Assembly: GCA_910586515.1 (NCBI GenBank)
Contig: CAJUGL010000006.1
Location: 23,758-87,757 of the forward strand
Source: an uncultured Acetatifactor sp.
GTDB lineage: Bacteria; Bacillota; Clostridia; Lachnospirales; Lachnospiraceae
Reading direction: 5' to 3'
Length of the DNA stretch: 64,000 bases
Below the pieces are notes generated by a model. The model saw nothing but the letters and a program-made list of their open reading frames with translations, had not been told where the DNA came from and searched no databases. How positions within the stretch are numbered: the stretch's first letter is position 1; every line of letters begins with the position of its first letter. Positions 55,267-63,490 of this stretch are shown here, piece after piece. Both the position numbers and the translations under genes were made by a program.

Positions 55267-55969
55267 ATGGGCCTGTCGCTTTCGCTGCATCTGGGATACC
55301 TGTGCGGTTACTTCGGCTGTTCCATTGACAACAACGGCTTTACCATGGACGGCGATCAGCTGGTATTCGGCGCAACCTCCCAGCAGTACAAGCAGGGCAT
55401 TGAGTATCTGGCAAGCCTGTATGCGGAAGGTCTGGTGGATCCGGAGCTCTTTACCCAGGATGCCGCTACCTGGAAGGCAAGAGGCGCACAGGATATCTTC
55501 GGCGTATCCATCATGTATGCCTCCAGTGATATCAATCCCTATCCCGCAGGCACCGTTCCCGAGTGGGAAGCCGTTCCCGTGCTGAAGGGAGATGGTGTTG
55601 ACACGCCTGTATGGCTGCGCAATACCTATGGTACCAGTGTATTGAAAAACCAGGTGGTCATCACGGATAATGCCGAGCTTCAAGGTAAAAGAGGAAGTGG
55701 AAGCTTATCAGGAGACCGTGCCCAGAGACGCTTTATATGAGCCTTACCTGACTGAGAATATTGTTCCTACCGGCTGGCCGAATCTGGACAATGCAGAGGA
55801 GCTCTCCGAGCTGCAGACCGCCATCAAGGATTATGTCTCACAGTGCCAGGCGAAATGGGTAAGCGGCCAGTCCGATATCAACGCCGACTGGGACGGCTAT
55901 CTTGCCCAGCTCGACAAACTGGGCCTTCAACGGCTCCTTGAATTAAAGGGCGCCGTCAAGGGCGAATAA
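55267..55969 (+). pseudogene. C-terminal half of a sugar ABC transporter solute-binding lipoprotein, 5'-truncated and frameshifted
   Basis: ORFs 55267..55740 and 55670..55969 in different frames read ...FTMDGDQLVFGATSQQYKQGIEYLASLYAEGLVDPELFTQD... and ...ELSELQTAIKDYVSQCQAKWVSGQSDINADWDGYLAQLDKLGLQRLLELK. These are typical C-terminal parts of ~550-aa family-1 SBPs. No signal peptide or N-terminal half is present. Confidence 0.65.
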
Positions 55970-55988
55970 CGGAAAATACCGTTCCATA

Positions 55989-56043
55989 AAACAGGGCTGC
56001 CGCATCGAGGATCAAAAAAATCCACGATATGACAGCCCTGTTT
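55989..56043. terminator. bidirectional-looking hairpin between convergent genes
   Basis: AACAGGGCTG (loop with sub-hairpin ATCGAGGAT-caaaaaa-ATCCACGAT) then CAGCCCTGTT, followed by TTCT. Confidence 0.5.
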
Positions 56044-56060
56044 CTATACAGTTATTTCCA

Positions 56061-57005
56061 TCAAAGACGATTTAAAATTTGTATTACCTCATGCAGTTCT
56101 TCCGGCTTCACCCGATCCGGGAACCGGTCTTCCAGAATACAGTCCGTAAAATAGCGGATCTCATTGGCATAGGCATCGCTCTTGGGCAGATTGATCCCTC
56201 CTGTATCTCCCTCAGCCGCTTCCGTGAGGTCCGTCACCGTCCCATCCGCTTCGTACAGAACGCACTGCTCCTTCTCACAGGCCAGAATCGCCCTCTCAAA
56301 CTGGAAGCGGAAACTGGCCGCAAACGGATAGGGAGACGCATACCAGGCAGCCTCCGTGGTAATAAAAAATTCAGGATACTCATATACGACACTGAAATAG
56401 TCCTGCTCCGGCCGCTTTGCCCGGTGAACCCTGGCATCCCCTGGTTTCCCAAAGGCATATACCAGGAAATCCAGATCATGGATATGCAGGTCAAAGGGCA
56501 CCAGGCCGCTGCGCCTCTCGTCGAACATCCAGTTGTCCCAGCTCCATTTGGGAATCTGACCCAGGCGGCTCATGGCACCGGACAGCAGCTTTCCGTATTT
56601 TCCGGAATCATACATTTCCTTCAGCAGCTCATACTCCGGCCAGAACCGCAGCACCTGCGCCACCATAAACTTTACCCCGTTCCTGCGGGCGGCATCATAG
56701 ACCCGCTCCACATCCTCCCCCTTCAGGGAAACCGGCTTTTCACAGATGACATGTATGCCCCGCTCCATGGCCCGGATGGCAAAATCCGCATGGAGATAGG
56801 TGGGGAGACAGATATCCAGGATATCCAACTGTTCCCCGTTTAACATTTCCTCAAAATCCGTGTACAAATGCTTGTCCTGATAGGGTTCCAGACGCTCCGG
56901 CCGGATATCGCAGAGCGCCGTGAGCTCAGTCTCCTCCATGGCCTCCCATGCAGGGATGTGCGCGCCGCTGATGCCGCCGATTCCTACCATTCCAACTTTC
57001 AACAT
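56061..57005 (-). CDS. Gfo/Idh/MocA family NAD(P)-dependent oxidoreductase
   Basis: Start chosen at MLKVGMVGIGGISGAHI (Rossmann GxGxxG). The EKP motif (ICEKPVS) is typical of the family. Confidence 0.8.
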   Translation of the reverse strand: MLKVGMVGIGGISGAHIPAWEAMEETELTALCDIRPERLEPYQDKHLYTDFEEMLNGEQLDILDICLPTYLHADFAIRAMERGIHVICEKPVSLKGEDVERVYDAARRNGVKFMVAQVLRFWPEYELLKEMYDSGKYGKLLSGAMSRLGQIPKWSWDNWMFDERRSGLVPFDLHIHDLDFLVYAFGKPGDARVHRAKRPEQDYFSVVYEYPEFFITTEAAWYASPYPFAASFRFQFERAILACEKEQCVLYEADGTVTDLTEAAEGDTGGINLPKSDAYANEIRYFTDCILEDRFPDRVKPEELHEVIQILNRL

Positions 57006-57161
57006 AATATTTTCCCTCCTTTTTAAATCGCTTCGCGATAGCACTAAAGGGTAAAGCCGCTTCGGCACACCTGTAATGAGAGAAACTTTTATTGGAAAGG
57101 GAACTCATAAAAGTTCCTCTCGTGCGCCTTTGCGACTTTACTGTCTGCCTTTTTTATACTT

Positions 57162-57881
57162 TTATCTGTTGATTTCTATCTGAAAACTGCTTCTGCTTGC
57201 AGGGTAATAGCTTTCCGTGTACTCCACCACCTGACCGTTCTGGGTATAGCCCTGTGAAGTGATAAAGGCAGTGGGTTCAAATATCGTAATCTCCAACCCC
57301 GCCGCCACCTCCGCCGGAGGCATGGCCACCTCCAGTTTCCGGGAGGCATGCACCACGGAAAGCCCCCTGGCGTCCAAGGCCTCATAAAAAGAAGTATCGG
57401 TAAAATCCATCTCCGGCATCTCCGGAAAAAGCTTCAGGGGGACATACAAGGTGGTGTATACCACTGGCGCATTGGAATACAGATTCTCCAGATTCCGTAT
57501 TCTCACCAGACGGGTGACCAGCTCGTCCCCACGGATTCTCAGGGCATCCCCCACCTTTTCCCCTGCTTTTTCCGTCTGAATACAGACCACCCGGGTGCGC
57601 AGAACACGGTTTTTCTTCCGGCTCTCCTCCCGATATCCCGTGACGAAACTGGTAGATTCATGGACCAGTTTGGGCTGGGCCACAAAAGTACCGCTGCCCT
57701 TCACTCTGGTAAGCCTTCCCTCCCTTGCCAGCAAATCCAGAGCCTGCCGCACCGTGGGACGACTGACCCCCAAGGATTGAGCCAACTCATTTTCCGTGGG
57801 TATCCTGCTCCCCAGAGGATACTGCCCGTCGGCAATCCGCCCCCTGAGCAGCTCTGCTATCTGAACATAACGCGCCTGCAT
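57162..57881 (-). CDS. GntR/HutC-family transcriptional regulator (winged HTH + UTRA domain)
   Basis: 239 aa. The N-terminus YVQIAELLRGRIADGQYPLGSRIPTENELAQSLGVSRPTVRQALDLLAREG is a canonical GntR HTH. It is divergent from the isomerase-like gene. Confidence 0.85.
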   Translation of the reverse strand: MQARYVQIAELLRGRIADGQYPLGSRIPTENELAQSLGVSRPTVRQALDLLAREGRLTRVKGSGTFVAQPKLVHESTSFVTGYREESRKKNRVLRTRVVCIQTEKAGEKVGDALRIRGDELVTRLVRIRNLENLYSNAPVVYTTLYVPLKLFPEMPEMDFTDTSFYEALDARGLSVVHASRKLEVAMPPAEVAAGLEITIFEPTAFITSQGYTQNGQVVEYTESYYPASRSSFQIEINR

Positions 57882-58364
57882 GAATCCCTTCCTCCTATTC
57901 CCATTTCGTGTATATTTCTTCTAAATACCGTAATATTGTCACATTATGCCATGCGCGCAGACCATCAAGCGGCTCCGAAGGAAACATTTGATGTGCAAGC
58001 CATGGGAACCGGCATAATAACAGCGCCAGCTGGCTTGAATTCTGCGTCAGCAGAATCATTATACCATAATCCTCCACTCCCGGCAATTCATCTGGTCTGT
58101 ACACTTCCCGGGCAAATTATGTGTTGACTTTTATATTGTAAGTACATATTTAATTTATTATTTTCTGTATTGACATATATACCGGAATTTAGTATTGTAA
58201 AAGCAAAAACAATTCAGGGTGCAGCTGCCAGATGGAAAAGGGGTCATTCTCAGCTGAGCTTTGGCTGCTCCTTCGGCGGTGACGAAGGACCGGAGGTCAA
58301 AGTACGGATTATCACAAAGTCAGAACCTTATTCCATTACCAGGGAGTAAACAGGAGGCAAACTT

Positions 58365-60107
58365 ATGCATAACGATCATCATTTCCGTCGTTTTCCTACA
58401 ATTAAAATCAATGGCTATGACCACGCCGCAGCTACGGACCAGGACGCCATCCTTCAACATTTGCGACAGTTGTGTCAGAACAGAAAGCAGACCGTCATCG
58501 TGGCAGAATGCTATCCCGGCGTGGACCAGAGCGAATTAACGGCGCTCTTCTCCCCTCTGGAACCGGCGGAATGCATCTGCAGCGATGATCTGGCCCTGCC
58601 TCCGGAGGAAATCGACGCCCTGATCCAGCGGGATCTTACGGAAGATGACCCTGTCTTCGGCATAATGACAGCCAGACGCCTGGAAGAATTCTTTCCCGCC
58701 GAAAATCTGGAACATGCCCGCCGTAAAATAGAGGCTGTAAAATCCGGCATCCTGCTGGTTTATGGGGTGGGCGCCTCCCTGGTCTGCCGGGGAGACATCC
58801 TTGTTGTAGCGGACATCACCCGCTGGGAGATTCAGCTGCGCTACCGCAGAGGCCTGTCCAACTGGCGGACCGCCAAAACGGATCTTCCCAAAAACAAAAA
58901 ATACAAGAGAGGCTATTTCGCCGAATGGCGGTGGGCCGACCGCGTCAAGGATAAACTGCTTCCGGAAATGGATCTGTATCTGGACATGTCTGCCCCCCAG
59001 GCTCCCGCCATGGTGTCCGGCCCGGCCTACCGCGCAGCCCTGGAACAGGTATCCGGACAGCCCTTCCGCATGGTACCCTATTTTGATCCCGGAGTATGGG
59101 GCGGCGACTGGATGAAAAACCATTTTGACCTGCCGGAAAACGGCTCCAACTACGCCTGGAGCTTCGACGGCGTGCCGGAGGAGAACAGCCTCCTTCTGGA
59201 TTTCGGCGGAAAACTGGTGCAGACCCCTGCCCTGAACCTGGTTCACTGCTGTCCCAGGCCCCTTCTGGGCGAGAGAGTTCACGGGCGGTTCGGTGCGGAA
59301 TTTCCCATCCGTTTCGACATGCTGGACACCATGAACGGCCAGAACCTGTCCCTGCAGGTCCATCCTTTGACAGAATACATTCAGCAGAATTTCCATATGC
59401 ATTACACCCAGGATGAGAGCTATTACCTGTTGGATGCCCAGGGCGAAGACCCCTGCGTCTACCTGGGCATAAAAACCGGAACAGACCCTGGCGCCATGAT
59501 ACAGGCCCTGGAAGATGCCCAGGATGGAACTGCGCCCTTTCCCGCAGAAGATTTTGTAAACCGGATTCCCGTGAAAAAGCATGACCATGTACTGATTCCC
59601 GCGGGTACCGTACACTGTTCCGGCGCCAACACCATGGTGCTGGAAATCAGCGCAACCCCCTATATTTTTACCTTCAAGCTGTGGGACTGGGGGCGTCTGG
59701 ATCTGGACGGCAGACCCAGGCCCATCCACCTCAATCACGGAGCAGCCAATATTCAGTGGGATCGGAATACCGAATGGGTAAAAGAAAATATCGTCAACCA
59801 GATTACGCTGATTCATAAAGATGTGCGGGGAACCGTAGAACGCACCGGCCTTCATGAGCGGGAATTTCTGGACACCTTCCGGGTCAGCACTTCCTCCGAA
59901 CTGCCCATCCGGCGCAACGGCAGCGTCCACATGATGAACCTGGTAGAGGGAGGCAGCGCCCTGCTGATCAGCGAAAACGGGAATTTCCCTCCCTTTGAAC
60001 TGCATTATGCGGAGACCTGCATTATCCCTGAGGCCGCAGGCCCCTATCTGATCCGCTCCCCAGAAGGCGAGCCCATTAAGACAATTATCGCCTGCGTACG
60101 CAACTAA
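58365..60107 (+). CDS. class I mannose-6-phosphate isomerase-like cupin protein (long 580-aa form)
   Basis: RBS AGGAGG upstream. FPIRFDMLDTMNGQNLSLQVHP...YYLLD...VLIPAGTVHCSG matches the type I PMI zinc/cupin motifs. Confidence 0.7.
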   Translation: MHNDHHFRRFPTIKINGYDHAAATDQDAILQHLRQLCQNRKQTVIVAECYPGVDQSELTALFSPLEPAECICSDDLALPPEEIDALIQRDLTEDDPVFGIMTARRLEEFFPAENLEHARRKIEAVKSGILLVYGVGASLVCRGDILVVADITRWEIQLRYRRGLSNWRTAKTDLPKNKKYKRGYFAEWRWADRVKDKLLPEMDLYLDMSAPQAPAMVSGPAYRAALEQVSGQPFRMVPYFDPGVWGGDWMKNHFDLPENGSNYAWSFDGVPEENSLLLDFGGKLVQTPALNLVHCCPRPLLGERVHGRFGAEFPIRFDMLDTMNGQNLSLQVHPLTEYIQQNFHMHYTQDESYYLLDAQGEDPCVYLGIKTGTDPGAMIQALEDAQDGTAPFPAEDFVNRIPVKKHDHVLIPAGTVHCSGANTMVLEISATPYIFTFKLWDWGRLDLDGRPRPIHLNHGAANIQWDRNTEWVKENIVNQITLIHKDVRGTVERTGLHEREFLDTFRVSTSSELPIRRNGSVHMMNLVEGGSALLISENGNFPPFELHYAETCIIPEAAGPYLIRSPEGEPIKTIIACVRN

Positions 60108-60233
60108 ACATCTGCGACGCAACTAAACATCTGCGACGCAACTAGACATCTGCGACGCAACTAGACATCTGCGCCGCAACTAAACATCTGCGCCGCATTT
60201 AAACAGCTGCACCACAATAAAATAACTGCGTCG
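60101..60233. repeat. 19-bp tandem repeat array (5 near-perfect + 2 degenerate units) starting at the isomerase stop codon
   Basis: The units are CAACTAAACATCTGCGACG x2, CAACTAGACATCTGCGACG, CAACTAGACATCTGCGCCG, CAACTAAACATCTGCGCCG, then CATTTAAACAGCTGCACCA and CAATAAAATAACTGCGTCG. The last 19 nt of the CDS (CAATTATCGCCTGCGTACG) is an 11/19 proto-copy. Confidence 0.9.
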
Positions 60234-60327
60234 CAATCGAGCCACACCTCTCAAAGGGACAGACTAATCCGCGCTTATCAGCCGGTCAGCCTCTGTCCCT
60301 TTCTTTATCAAGTCATTTCACTACGCT

Positions 60328-60672
60328 CTATGGCCCGAGATCAATTTCCTGTTGGATATATACCGCTTCCTCGATAAGGCCGATGCCCATAAACACGGCC
60401 CACACATAAGGTGCGCCGTACACGTTCAGCGTCTTGGGCCCCACGATTTTCCTGGGCGCATTCTCTCCTGTCTGGTCCTGTATCAGCTTCTCATAAGCCT
60501 TCTCAAAAGTGCTCCTGGTGATGGAGCGCTCCCGCCTGTCAGTGAACAACTCCCCGCCTCTGATGGTGTACGTAAAAGGAAGTCCCTTTTTGGTCAGGAA
60601 CTGTTTTCCCTCGTGCGCCCGTATCACATCCCACAGGCCAGGGACGGTTATCTTTGATGTATTGAGTTTCAT
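60328..60672 (-). CDS. hypothetical protein (114 aa; could start at 60786)
   Basis: MKLNTSKITVPGLWDVIRAHEGKQFLTKKGLPFTYTIRGGELFTDRRERSITRSTFEKAYEKL... AAGGAGG lies just before this ATG. I recognise no family. Confidence 0.45.
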   Translation of the reverse strand: MKLNTSKITVPGLWDVIRAHEGKQFLTKKGLPFTYTIRGGELFTDRRERSITRSTFEKAYEKLIQDQTGENAPRKIVGPKTLNVYGAPYVWAVFMGIGLIEEAVYIQQEIDLGP

Positions 60673-60792
60673 ATGCCTCCTTGCGCGGCATCCGGCATCC
60701 CTCCGGAACGGCCGACTGTTTGAGTCAGATATGCCACTATTCAAATGGTAACCGATACAGGAAACGTTGTCAATGTATTTATTCATTACTTT

Positions 60793-61674
60793 TCACGTTC
60801 CCCTGACCATGCCCTTTACGCCTGCCACTTCCGCCTCATCCTCCGGCACAGCCGTAAAGGGAACCGCTCCCCGCAGCGGGCCGTCGCCGCCTTTTTCCCT
60901 GGGCAGTATGCTTCCGTTTGCCACAAAAGCGCAATAACCCTCCTTCCGCAGCCACACCCGGATGGCCTCCTGTTTTTCGTAGAGCGCCCGCGCCCTCTCC
61001 ATGCCTTCCCGGTCAAATTCCTCCACAAAGCGGTTTACCGCCTCCGGCAGATCGTGGGTCAGCATCTGTACCGCCTTCTTATGCTTCCCCTCCGGCAGCT
61101 GCACCTGAATCAGAATGCTGACACACAGATATGAGGGAATCTCCCTTATTCCGTCCATTGGCTGAATCATGCAGTTTTTCCCCGGCTTATAGGAACTCAC
61201 CCCTCTGTCCCGCAGGCCGTCTATGGGTTCAATGGTATTCCTGCCGAGAAGCCTGTAATATTTCTGGGCAACCCTGTTTACCGTGACCACATTTCTCACC
61301 AGAACCTTATTGTTTGGCTCGTAAATGAAATAATGGCCGTTCTCCTTTGCCGTCCGCTTGCGGTTGTCATTTCCCTCATTCAGCGCCCGTATATACGGAA
61401 TAAATGCCCGGAAAAGATAATCCAGAGCAGCCGTGTCCATCTCCTCCGCCTGAAACTGTTTCATGGGAATGTGGATGGCCACCGTGGGCTTCGACAGCTC
61501 CAGCCGATTGCTCTTGGTGATCTCATATCCGATCTCCCCGTCCCAGTAGACGGCATGATTATGTACGATGGGGTTTTTATCCATAAAGCTCTCGTACATC
61601 TTGCCCTCATACATGTCCTCATAGGTTTCACTGGCAGGTTTCATGTTCAATATATAGTATTTTAATCTCTTCAA
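60793..61674 (-). pseudogene. N-terminal half of a PF09818-type 'ABC-class ATPase' protein, truncated just before its P-loop
   Basis: The ORF ends ...EAIRVWLRKEGYCAFVANGSILPREKGGDGPLRGAVPFTAVPEDEAEVAGVKGMVRGT*. In full-length family members, as I recall, AFVANGSILPR is followed by ...GMGIP.GVTLIVGGGYHGKSTLL and about 250 more residues. Start candidates are TTG 61672-61674 (RBS GGAGAG) or ATG 61642-61644. Confidence 0.55.
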
Positions 61675-61733
61675 TTTCAACTCTCCTTCGCCTTTTTGCC
61701 TTATGTCTTTGTTGTCTCCGGTATTTTTGCGCA

Positions 61734-61761
61734 CAAAAAAGACACACCGATATGATGTGTC
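61734..61761 (-). terminator. intrinsic terminator / attenuator hairpin
   Basis: The minus strand reads GACACA-tcatatcgg-TGTGTC followed by TTTTTTGTG. It lies between the mini-ORF and the downstream gene's RBS. Confidence 0.45.
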
Positions 61762-61817
61762 CTTCATTGACAGTATTCATACAGGTACTTAAATCCGGCA
61801 TTTCCCATGCCTCATAT

Positions 61818-61856
61818 TCAGTTGATGAAAGCCTCCATTGTCATTGTATTTTTCAT
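61818..61856 (-). CDS. candidate 12-codon leader peptide MKNTMTMEAFIN
   Basis: Strong RBS GAAGGAGGG (rc 61863-61871) 8 nt before the ATG (61854-61856). A predicted promoter lies upstream, with a hairpin (GGCAT-gggaa-ATGCC) and a terminator downstream. Confidence 0.3.
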   Translation of the reverse strand: MKNTMTMEAFIN

Positions 61857-61892
61857 AAAAAAATCCCTCCTTCAACTGAATCTGTTTTAAGT

Positions 61893-61921
61893 AACCTTAT
61901 GTAGTATACCACCCTGAACGG
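61893..61921 (-). promoter_or_regulatory. candidate promoter upstream of the mini-ORF
   Basis: The minus strand reads TTGCTT (rc 61916-61921), a 17-nt spacer, then TATACT (rc 61893-61898). Confidence 0.4.
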
Positions 61922-61941
61922 AAAAAAGCAACTCAAATTTT

Positions 61942-63069
61942 TCAGTGCCCTGTCTGAACTTTTTGGCCCTGTATATCGATCACAACATACTCGGATCTGC
62001 ATCCTGTCTTAAACTGAATCACCCAGTCGGAAATGCCTGAGGTCACCACAAAACTGGTATTTCCCCTCTTTTCCATGCCATAGCTTTTATCGTCCAGTCC
62101 AAGCCATTCCCCCATGCGATTCAGGGGAATCAGCTGTCCCCCATGGGTGTGGCCGGAGAGCACCAGATCCACTCCCGCCGCTTCCTGGGCATCATAATCA
62201 TGGGGCTGATGATCCAGGACAATGCTGAATTTATCCGGATCCAGTCCTGCGGTCAGCTCTTCCATGGAAGCCCTGCCTCCTGCCTGTTCCTCCCAGCGGT
62301 CCCGCCTTCCGATCAGGTAAAAGCGCCCGTCCAGAACCACAGTCTCATCCTCCAGAACGGTCACATTATTTTTTTCCAGTTCCGCAGCCAGTTCCCCGCC
62401 GCCGTATCCCCTGTATCCTGGGCCGTAATATCCCCGGTCATGATTCCCAAAGACGTAATAAACCCCGTATGTGGTCTCCAGGGTCCCCAGAGCCCTGCAG
62501 GCGGCAGCCATATCCTCCCAGGAAGTGTCATCGTCCACATAATCCCCTGTGATCACCACAATATCCGGATTTTCCTCCTGCATGTCCTCCACCCATCCGG
62601 CAAATTCCTCTCCGCTGAAGGTATTTCCCACATGGGAGTCCGCAAACTGTACGATCCGCAGGCTCCCCACCGCCTTATCCGTCTCCACCGTATAGGGCGT
62701 CCTCCAGACATGGTTTGCCAGATACCACCCGCAGGTCAGATATACCGCCGTAATCCCCAGGGCAAAAATTCCGGCATAATATCTCCCGAATTTCTTCCCT
62801 CTCTTTTTTTCCGCAATCCTGTATGCCCCGTCACACACAAGCCAGACAAATACCAGATGCAGAACCACAATCTCCGCATTGATTGCGCCGAAAGCAGCTC
62901 CTGTGCCGCAGACAATCCCTGCCACCGCCAGAATCCCCAACAGCAGCGCAGGAAGCTTTTTCCCCCCTGCCGCCTTCCGGACAATGGGAAATTTCATAAA
63001 TCTGCTCACCAGATAAATCATTCCAAGAACCGAGCCCAGGACCAGACTGCCCAGTATCAATGCCCACAT
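61942..63069 (-). CDS. membrane-anchored metallophosphoesterase (calcineurin-like)
   Basis: Start at MWALILGSLV (ATG 63067-63069, RBS GGAGG 7 nt upstream). It has 3-4 N-terminal TM helices and the motifs QFADSHVG, ITGDYVDD, GNHD and GHTHGG. Confidence 0.85.
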   Translation of the reverse strand: MWALILGSLVLGSVLGMIYLVSRFMKFPIVRKAAGGKKLPALLLGILAVAGIVCGTGAAFGAINAEIVVLHLVFVWLVCDGAYRIAEKKRGKKFGRYYAGIFALGITAVYLTCGWYLANHVWRTPYTVETDKAVGSLRIVQFADSHVGNTFSGEEFAGWVEDMQEENPDIVVITGDYVDDDTSWEDMAAACRALGTLETTYGVYYVFGNHDRGYYGPGYRGYGGGELAAELEKNNVTVLEDETVVLDGRFYLIGRRDRWEEQAGGRASMEELTAGLDPDKFSIVLDHQPHDYDAQEAAGVDLVLSGHTHGGQLIPLNRMGEWLGLDDKSYGMEKRGNTSFVVTSGISDWVIQFKTGCRSEYVVIDIQGQKVQTGH

Positions 63070-63464
63070 CTTATTTCCTCCCATTCTGTTTTATTTCCGG
63101 CCCATCCGGAGAGCTTGTCAACGGCAAGGGAAACCGTTGGCTGAAAGTAAATATCTTTTCCCCTGTTACTCTCATACATAAAATCCTTTAACGGCTTGCT
63201 TGTATATCCCGAAAAGTCGCCGTAAATCGCAAATCTCACCCCATAATTGATGAATTTCTGCAGTATTTCGCCCGCCAGACAAGTGCTCAGGACAAAGAAA
63301 TCCTCTGCAACAGCCTCCTTGTTCAGCACAATATTTGCGCAGCCCGTTTCGTAACTTACGGTCATAACCAGGTCTAAAGCAGACTGGACATCTGTAATCA
63401 GCAGTTCTTCACTGCTCACAACTGCAATTTCCGTATTATTTTTCTTAATCACTTCTGTCTTCAT
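63057..63464 (-). CDS. DUF4180 domain protein
   Basis: 135 aa. ...SALDLVMTVSYETGCANIVLNKEAVAEDFFVLSTCLAGEILQKFINYGVRFAIYGDFSGYTSKPLKDFMYESNRG matches the DUF4180 pattern as I recall it. It sits downstream of a TetR gene. Confidence 0.7.
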   Translation of the reverse strand: MKTEVIKKNNTEIAVVSSEELLITDVQSALDLVMTVSYETGCANIVLNKEAVAEDFFVLSTCLAGEILQKFINYGVRFAIYGDFSGYTSKPLKDFMYESNRGKDIYFQPTVSLAVDKLSGWAGNKTEWEEIRCGH

Positions 63465-63490
63465 TTTTTACCTCCATTGATTCTAAAACT

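Noticed and set aside
58200-58364. Structured-looking 5' region of the isomerase-like gene (CCTTCG-gcggtga-CGAAGG etc.) and TGTA..TACA half-sites at about 58135-58160 as GntR operators
   Set aside because: The motifs are short and imperfect. I cannot support a specific RNA family or operator from sequence alone.
60101-60233. Possible CRISPR array
   Set aside because: The units are directly abutting 19-bp repeats with no spacers, and no cas genes are in the window. It is reported as a tandem repeat instead.
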